A DNA stretch of 10,734 nt from an uncultured Saprospiraceae bacterium (GTDB lineage Bacteria; Bacteroidota; Bacteroidia; Chitinophagales; Saprospiraceae): contig CALAJP010000091.1 of NCBI GenBank assembly GCA_937922815.1, forward strand, positions 1 to 10,734, read 5' to 3'. The notes beneath the pieces were generated by a model. It had not been told where the DNA came from. It made no database searches and worked only from the letters and a program-made list of their open reading frames with translations. Positions 7,104 through 10,734 of the stretch are shown piece after piece; position 1 is the stretch's first letter; every line of letters starts with the position of its first letter. The translations under genes and the position numbers were made by a program.

Positions 7104-10100
7104 TTATTTACCAATATTGATGTGTATATAAGTTCTAATTTCCCATTCGCTACCGTCATCAAACCCTATAGGACTAATGGTTGGTTGGTTAGAAAATTCT
7201 GCCGCTGCATTAGGTAAATACCTTGGAGAGTATTGGTCTAACGAACGCCATGTTCCTCGAATTCCAATTTGAGTGCTTGGCAACACAAACCAATCTGGTT
7301 TTTCAATAGTTGTTGATAAATCTAACATCAATTGAGCGGGGTAAGTCAAGTTAAAATCACGATGATAATCAAAAGGTCCCCAGTCATTGAATTTGAATGT
7401 GTGTTGAAGTTTATATTTTTTATAAATCATTCTAATATCTCCTCCTGCTCTATGAATTAATCTATCATCGCTACCTCTTGCCTGTGCGTTACCAGCGTAA
7501 AAATTGCCGATAATTCCCAAGTCTTTATTTACCTTAGAAACTATTCGTGTATTCAGTTCCCATAAGTCTTCTGCGGGTGCAGAATTAGGGAAAGCAAATA
7601 AAGTACGATTGCCCAAAAATCCGATAGCAGCATCTTGAGCCGTTGGATGATGACGAAATACAAACCCTACACTGGCAGCAAACTTAGCATCTTCAGCCCT
7701 GTCGTTATCCCAAGAATACATCCATGTTCCTGGAGTTGGGTCAAAAGTTAATAATAATTCTCCTGCTACTGTTTCTCGGTTTGCTCTAACAATAAACGGA
7801 TCATCTAAAATATTTCTTAACCTTCCTGGCCCTTGTACATCATTAGGCATAGGACCTACGATTGGTTTTTGCCATAAGAAGTTAGGTGCTATCTGCACAT
7901 CCCCAACGCTAAACGTAAGACCGGTCAAGAAATTAGTTTGGTTTCCACTTCCGCTATCTTTCAACGTCCAACCCGTAAATGTACGAGTATAATCACCGCC
8001 ACCATTGGCAACTAAGCCCATTGCAGAAGCTTGTGCGTACCAATTGAATGCTCCTTTTGAGAAAGTAACTTTTGCTTTTCCACCCCAATTGTCTTTATTA
8101 TTCACTTCGTCAGTGTAAACCGTATAATTCCCGGACTCACCCTCTGTAAATTGGAATTCTCTACCATTTAATGGTTGACCTCCCCAGATACCTCCAAGCG
8201 TAATTTCAAAACCACCAATTTCTCTTTCTACTTGTAAAGTAGCTCTTCTTGTTCTTGGCATGGGAACCGCCAATGAAGATACAATTGTACCAAAATCATC
8301 AACATCTTCGTGAAAAACACCTGTTACATGAAATTTTCCAATATGTTTACGATATTTTAGAAGTACGGCAGGATTTGCTCCCCACCATAATTGAGGACCA
8401 AAAGCGGCTTTCAAACCTTTCAAATCTCCTTTGCCATCGACTTCTATTCCTGAAATTTCACCATTATAAATATCTAAATTAGGTCCATAATTAGCTTCTG
8501 GATACAAACCAAAGAAATCTCCTTCGTATCCCCAATGATAATGCCCTGTTCTATAAAAACCTCTTACATCTGCAATTTTAGTATTCCATTCAAAAGAAGC
8601 ATTATATACTTGAACTCTATTGGGGTCAGTTATTGCAATATTTCCGTCTTTACCAACAACCTCAACGGGCAAACCTCTATTTTCATAAAATACCTCGTCA
8701 ATTGGATTTTGAGCTACATTACCAAGAATATTGAAATTAACTTCTGCTTTCATATTGGAAGAAGGTTGTCCCTGAATTCCAATAAAATAAGATTGCATAT
8801 GGTCAAAACCTGTTTCACTAGGATAAGTGTTTTCATCAGGGTCGGCAGCATCAGGTGTTGTCAATAAGTTTCCACCTGTGTTAAATGTCGTAAATTTAGC
8901 TTGCATATTGCTAAGCTTGATTTTATTATTGTCTTGCCCTGCCAAAGCCGCTTTGTCGCCACGTGCTTTTAGCACTGCTTCAGTCAAATCAATATTTTCA
9001 AAATACTTAGTTACAAAATTCAGGTTAGTTCCTTCTTCGTAGGGGTTCAAATTATGAGCTTCTTTTAATGCATAATAAGCAGCTCGTGGATACAATTCAT
9101 AAAGCCCTCTTGGGTCAGTAGAACCTTTAGCACAGATTCCAAACCATTCTTCATTCATGTTGTTGGCTCCTTCGCCAGCCAAATCCCATTTATAACCGCC
9201 ACCTGACCAAGTAGCTTCCGTTTGATGAGAATCTGCGTCTTTTCTTTTGTCAAAACCTGCTTTCCACCATCCATCAGAAAATTGAAAAGTAAACCCACCT
9301 AATGAATTATTAGCTTGCCCTAAGCCTGCTGCATTTTGATAAATCTCTTTCCAGTTATTCACCATATAAAATGCCTGCATTTTTTGATCTTCAGCATTCT
9401 TAATAGCATTAAAAGCATCAGAACCAAACTCTGTAAACATAATTGGTTTGTTCAATTTTTCTTTGACAACCTTAAAAATATCTCCGAACGATTCTCCTCT
9501 GTATGTATTGGTTCCATAAATATCAACATCCTTACATTCTTCAGCAATTATATCTATAAACAAAACATCTCCGTTACAGATGGCAACTGGATGATTAGGA
9601 TCTATTGCCTTCATTTTCTTTGTTGCGTCGTTCATTAAACGATACATCGGACGACCTCTTAATTCACCTACAGCATTAATTTTTTCTTCACCATCAGGAA
9701 AATCTTCGGTTTCGGAACCTTGCCAAAATAATCCGTAATTATTCTCATTTCCTAACAAATACAATAAAAGACCTGGAGTGTTTTTATATTCATTGACCAA
9801 AGATTCAATCTCAGCCATTAAAAAATCTTGCGTTCTTTTTTCATCATATTTAGTAACAGGAGTCCAAACTCCGTCAAGTGTCAAACCATATCTTCCGAAC
9901 GAATGGTTTAGCATGGTATAAATGCCATATTTTTCATAAATATATTGAATCCATTTGGCAGGAATTCCTGTGTACTGACGAATGACATTTACATTCATAT
10001 TGCGAAGCAAAGACATTTCACTGTCCAACCCAGCCATAATTATGTCATCGGGTTTATTCCAAAAGTCAGCCGAAAGTGTATTGGTACCAATAGGTATAAA

Positions 10101-10259
10101 ATCCCAATTCATTCCATTAATCATAAACTTATCTCCGTTTACAATTAACTGCATTCCGTTTTCATTATTTACTACTTTGACAACATCTGTTTGTGAATAT
10201 GCCATCGTCGTAAATAAAAAGAAAAATAGTTTTAATAAATTTCTGTGAAGTGTATCCAT
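7104..10259 (-). CDS. Secreted 1051-aa protein: N-terminal clan GH-A TIM-barrel glycoside hydrolase domain (GH2_C-like; aa ~25–400) fused to a ~650-aa Gly/aromatic-rich beta-rich C-terminal region of unknown fold. Family not assignable by eye
   Basis: SPase I-type signal (…FLFTTMAYS|QTD, no Cys). DSEMSLLRNMNVNVIRQYTGIPAKWIQYIYEKYGIY matches the GH2/GH-A pattern (d..lmK..N.N.vR.sHYP....Wy.lCDeyGlY). Acid/base candidate E172 in LLGNENNYG and nucleophile candidate E277 in IMFTEFG are about 105 residues apart, typical for clan GH-A. ATG at 10257–10259. A 12-nt gap to the next gene suggests operon linkage. Confidence 0.7.
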   Translation of the reverse strand: MDTLHRNLLKLFFFLFTTMAYSQTDVVKVVNNENGMQLIVNGDKFMINGMNWDFIPIGTNTLSADFWNKPDDIIMAGLDSEMSLLRNMNVNVIRQYTGIPAKWIQYIYEKYGIYTMLNHSFGRYGLTLDGVWTPVTKYDEKRTQDFLMAEIESLVNEYKNTPGLLLYLLGNENNYGLFWQGSETEDFPDGEEKINAVGELRGRPMYRLMNDATKKMKAIDPNHPVAICNGDVLFIDIIAEECKDVDIYGTNTYRGESFGDIFKVVKEKLNKPIMFTEFGSDAFNAIKNAEDQKMQAFYMVNNWKEIYQNAAGLGQANNSLGGFTFQFSDGWWKAGFDKRKDADSHQTEATWSGGGYKWDLAGEGANNMNEEWFGICAKGSTDPRGLYELYPRAAYYALKEAHNLNPYEEGTNLNFVTKYFENIDLTEAVLKARGDKAALAGQDNNKIKLSNMQAKFTTFNTGGNLLTTPDAADPDENTYPSETGFDHMQSYFIGIQGQPSSNMKAEVNFNILGNVAQNPIDEVFYENRGLPVEVVGKDGNIAITDPNRVQVYNASFEWNTKIADVRGFYRTGHYHWGYEGDFFGLYPEANYGPNLDIYNGEISGIEVDGKGDLKGLKAAFGPQLWWGANPAVLLKYRKHIGKFHVTGVFHEDVDDFGTIVSSLAVPMPRTRRATLQVEREIGGFEITLGGIWGGQPLNGREFQFTEGESGNYTVYTDEVNNKDNWGGKAKVTFSKGAFNWYAQASAMGLVANGGGDYTRTFTGWTLKDSGSGNQTNFLTGLTFSVGDVQIAPNFLWQKPIVGPMPNDVQGPGRLRNILDDPFIVRANRETVAGELLLTFDPTPGTWMYSWDNDRAEDAKFAASVGFVFRHHPTAQDAAIGFLGNRTLFAFPNSAPAEDLWELNTRIVSKVNKDLGIIGNFYAGNAQARGSDDRLIHRAGGDIRMIYKKYKLQHTFKFNDWGPFDYHRDFNLTYPAQLMLDLSTTIEKPDWFVLPSTQIGIRGTWRSLDQYSPRYLPNAAAEFSNQPTISPIGFDDGSEWEIRTYIHINIGK

Positions 10260-10317
10260 AAAATATCATTTTGATTGTTGGTCTAAATTTAATATCAAAA
10301 TTTATGTTTTATGCAAA

Positions 10318-10425
10318 ATGAATACCCTACAAAAATACTACATGGCAAAATTATATACTTTTAAGGTCGATCTGTTCGCTATATTGTCCTATTTGATGGT
10401 GATTGTAGAAGAATGTGTAAAGTAA
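10318..10425 (+). CDS. Small divergent ORF, 35 aa (MNTLQKYYMAKLYTFKVDLFAILSYLMVIVEECVK) with a hydrophobic C-terminal half. Could instead be a non-coding transcript
   Basis: Hand translation gives ATG at 10318 and TAA at 10423–10425. About 75 nt downstream is a strong hairpin with a T-run (10500–10549). There is no recognisable similarity and it is short, so support is weak. Confidence 0.2.
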   Translation: MNTLQKYYMAKLYTFKVDLFAILSYLMVIVEECVK

Positions 10426-10499
10426 CCTTGTAGTGGGGATTGATAAGGAAAGAATAGCACTTGTATAGGTAATGTAAAGGTGTAGAAATACTGTTTTTC

Positions 10500-10549
10500 A
10501 TACTCAAAAAGATGGCATTTACTTTTTGAGTATTTATTTTCTTTTTATT
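10500..10549 (+). terminator. Plus-strand intrinsic-terminator-like element: 12-bp perfect stem ATACTCAAAAAG / CTTTTTGAGTAT with 10-nt loop ATGGCATTTA, followed by TTATTTTCTTTTTATT
   Basis: Perfect inverted repeat 10500–10511 / 10522–10533 followed immediately by a T-rich tract on the + strand. On the minus strand the hairpin is followed by GAAAAACAG, so it is not a minus-strand terminator. It sits about 240 nt upstream of the minus-strand operon start and could also act as an operator. Confidence 0.45.
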
Positions 10550-10734
10550 CAGCCAACTTTTTTTAGAAAAAATCTACTACAATTAAAAAAGGAATACGAA
10601 AAAACAATTAAAAATAGAATATTAGACAATATTACGAATTGGATTGTATGAGAGAAAAAACAGGAATTTTTATTTCAATCAAGGAAAGCACGGAATCTAA
10701 TACCCATAGGTATTAAGATGAGTACTTGACGAAG

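Noticed and set aside
8249-10248. Plus-strand ORFs 8249–8482, 8535–8867, 8827–9042, 9336–9638, 9945–10148 and 9982–10248 inside the 1051-aa gene
   Set aside because: All are antisense to the GH-A gene and low-complexity, and several overlap one another. There is no independent support.
1-10734. CRISPR arrays, IS elements, integrase or transposase genes
   Set aside because: No short regularly spaced direct repeats were seen. There are no terminal inverted repeats flanking an ORF and no recombinase-like ORF in any frame. The only long repeat is the intragenic CBM duplication.

Overview
This is an AT-rich, Bacteroidetes/Flavobacteriia-like window, about one-third G+C by eye. Coding density is high. 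There are three parts. (1) The left end (about 240–460) holds a cluster of tRNA-derived modules. It has no complete canonical tRNA gene, but several tRNA pieces in the same orientation. The 3' part of each tRNA sits directly upstream of its own 5' part, a permuted arrangement. (2) A plus-strand gene (739–1839) encodes an SPFH/band-7 (slipin-like) protein with three N-terminal beta-hairpin-like repeats. It ends at a bidirectional terminator (2004–2050) that it shares with the convergent operon. (3) A tightly packed four-gene minus-strand operon (10259 down to 2070) looks like a beta-glucan (laminarin-type) utilization locus. Its first gene encodes a 1051-aa secreted protein with an N-terminal clan GH-A TIM-barrel hydrolase domain (NEN...TEFG) fused to a roughly 650-aa beta-rich C-terminal region. 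Next come a 475-aa surface lipoprotein (Ig-like plus C-terminal binding-like domain) and a GH16 laminarinase-like lipoprotein. The last gene encodes a 911-aa lipoprotein with a PKD domain, three tandem CBM4/9-like modules and the same C-terminal domain as the 475-aa protein. Two of the CBM modules are near-identical at the DNA level. No SusC/SusD pair lies inside the window. Upstream of the operon (10260–10734) there is a small divergent plus-strand ORF followed by a strong hairpin and T-run terminator. All calls come from reading the sequence and ORF translations by eye. No database searches or structure predictions were run.
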